64,000 nucleotides of DNA from Octopus vulgaris (Eukaryota). Under the pieces are notes generated by a model. The model ran no database searches and had not been told where the DNA came from. It saw only the letters and a list, made by a program, of their open reading frames with translations. The stretch is taken from the NCBI GenBank assembly GCA_951406725.2, contig OX597820.1, positions 89,776,001-89,840,000 of the forward strand, given 5' to 3'. Below are positions 61,535 through 64,000 of the stretch, piece by piece (the first letter of the stretch is position 1; every line of letters begins with the position of its first letter). The translations under genes were made by a program, and so were the position numbers.

Positions 61535-64000
61535 TTGTATACAATAAAAATAAAGGCATATATTCTGTCTTGAAGGAAGTTAACACACAAAAAAGGACAG
61601 ACGTTTGAAGTGAGAGGTGGTTGCGAAGAGAAAATAATAAACTTAACATGGGATTACAGAATATCGGAATGATATGATTGGGTGTCGTTATTTGGTTAGG
61701 TTTTGGATACGTTATTGGATACATTTAATACGTTTTGACAATAGTACATTTTGGCACTGGAGGGAAACACACAGATACTCGCACGTACGCAGAAATGTAT
61801 GTATATAGATAGAAAGAGAGTGGGAGTGAGTGAGGGAAAGAAAAGTTATAGAGTTATGACTTATATATATATAAACACACATATTCATAGAGAGAGGGAA
61901 TGCGAGACAAAGAAAAAGAAAGAATGAAAATGATGGGGTGAGAGATCAAGTGAGATTTTAAAACGATGGAAACTTCAAAATGTTTGACCTCAAATTAATC
62001 AGCGACGCCAAATAGGTCACACCAAATCAGTTGTGTCAAACGTCACGTACCAACAGAAAGCATATTCCCATTTGTTCAAATCCTCTAATAACTGAACATG
62101 CTGAAACCAGGGAAAGAAAAATCGTGACTAAAAGCTAAGATTTAAGAAATGAGGACTAAAAGTTAAGGTTTAAGTATTCTTGATCATGTGAGAACATTAA
62201 AGACTTCACGTGAGACTCTACTAACTCCGAAGTTGCTGGCCTTGTGCTAAAATTAGAGACCAAAATCTACAAATTCCCGATGAAACGCGATATGAATGTT
62301 TTTCATTTATTGTGAAACATCCACAGCTCATTATTCATTGTTGTCACAGTGCTGTATCTTGAAGTAAAATATTTACGTCTCACTGGATCAGACACTTACC
62401 TAAATATACTTATTATGGATAAGTACGAAATTGTTCCAATTTATAAGAGCCATATTTGCCACCACCATATTTGATCAATTTTATCATCAGTCTGCCAAAG
62501 CAAAATTTGATATGAAACGAAACCGATTTATTGAGGACTTCATAAACAAGACTCTATTGTCGGCTAACATACAGAAGTAGGTTTATTGATCAGACAGATA
62601 CTGAAATTTCACAAAAAGAGAACATTTATTGTTCAATTAATTGCGATTAATCTATTTTGTGCAAAAAGATTTTCTTTTGCTTATTTTCGATGAAAGAGAA
62701 AACCGGAATTACGTGGCGAGAAAATAGTCTTAGGACGATGTATATAAAACAACTGGAAGTAATATGAAGTTCACTTAAGCAATGTGAAGGAACAAAGAAA
62801 AATTCAACAAGACCTCAATAAATTCCTCTTCCTTTCGTGAAAAGAACATTAGTATAACGAGAGAAAAAAATAGAGAATGACAGAGTGTCGAAGGTAAAAT
62901 AATGGGAAATAACAAAACAAGCAGAATATTTGTTTGGTTTCATACAATCACTACGTTAGAAATAATCTTAGATGTTTTATTAGTGGGAACGAGAATGCAT
63001 AGATTGGCAAAAACTTTTCAAGGATACATGTTATTCGACTGGAATTTTAGAATATTATAAATTAATTATCAGATGATATATTATTTGATTAGTACTAAAC
63101 AGGGGCACAAATCTATGGCTGGAACTAATGAATTTAATGTCTTGAGTAATTATCAGAATTACCAACAAGGAAAATCAATTGAAATTTCAAAATTTATTGC
63201 TCATTATTCTTCATGTAATGCGACTGACATTCTATAAAGAATGATAAAATGGGGTTGCGAGAATATTTCCAACTTAATGAGTAAAACAGCCTGTTGCCTA
63301 TTTATGTCTTTATATCAATAAATTTCCTATAATTTAGTGTTTTCACTTTATAACTATGTCATTCCCTTGGCGCATAACATATATCAATTTAAGGTAGATT
63401 TTTATACACTAGTTCTATTTACATCAATACACTTGGACATTAATTAAAAGCAATGCTTCTAGTTTTTTATTACTTAAATGTTTTAGCTTTTGTTAAGCAT
63501 ATAAAAACCCTGTTCGTGGCTGATAAAAATACAGATACTATCATAAACATAAGTATTTGTTACATTTCCTTTTCCTAGCACATGAAACGACCAGGCTATT
63601 TAAACAATTGTTGAACAAGTTGTTATGTGTATAGAGTTTTACTAAATTGTTTCGTTTCAGACAAAAGCATTGCCAGGGCCATGAATATCTAACAAATACC
63701 TTATTAGCAGGCTAAAAATAAATGATAGTATTTTACAAGTTTGTGAACAGTTGGAAATTACTTCTCCACTGAAAAAAGTGCATGTAGCCGAAGGGAATGT
63801 ATCTGTGAACGTGAAATCACATATATCCTGCCATCAATATTTCTTAATGTTTCTTTGGAAATTATTTATAATTTGTTATTTCTGTTACTTTTCATTTGCC
63901 ATTGTAGTTCTATCTCATGACACTCCTACTTAATTTCATTATCGTTGTATGTGTTCTAATGATATAAAGTACTTAAAAAGAGGTAGTATCCAAAGCACGC

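Noticed and set aside
62395-62495. Minus-strand exon candidate ending in G|GTAAGT
   Set aside because: All three frames contain stops between the plausible acceptor and the donor.

Overview
Eukaryotic, very AT-rich, repeat-dominated DNA. No host protein-coding gene can be confidently identified. The microsatellite density and SINE repertoire resemble an octopod (cephalopod) genome; this is inference from recall, not a database result. Almost all ORFs in the supplied track are translations of microsatellites. The real coding content is transposon-derived: (i) at least 11 segments of R4/Dong-clade RLE non-LTR retrotransposons from about 5-6 families, all on the + strand and nearly all embedded in (AAT)n arrays, mostly at 39.8-61 kb, including one nearly intact ~4.2 kb copy (50.7-54.9 kb); (ii) a degenerate Penelope-like element (RT + GIY-YIG, - strand) with a hammerhead-shaped motif at its end; (iii) a degenerate L1/Tx1-clade LINE (- strand); (iv) four tRNA-headed SINE families, a mariner MITE, a hAT-like MITE and a Helentron-type non-autonomous element. 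The most notable signals are a co-oriented (AAT)n 'landing-pad' cluster shared by several Dong families and a ~555-bp non-coding element lacking a tRNA head (4 copies), three 5'-truncated Dong copies that all begin at the zinc-knuckle/RLE boundary, and short fold-back elements whose arms carry hammerhead-topology motifs with non-canonical cores.
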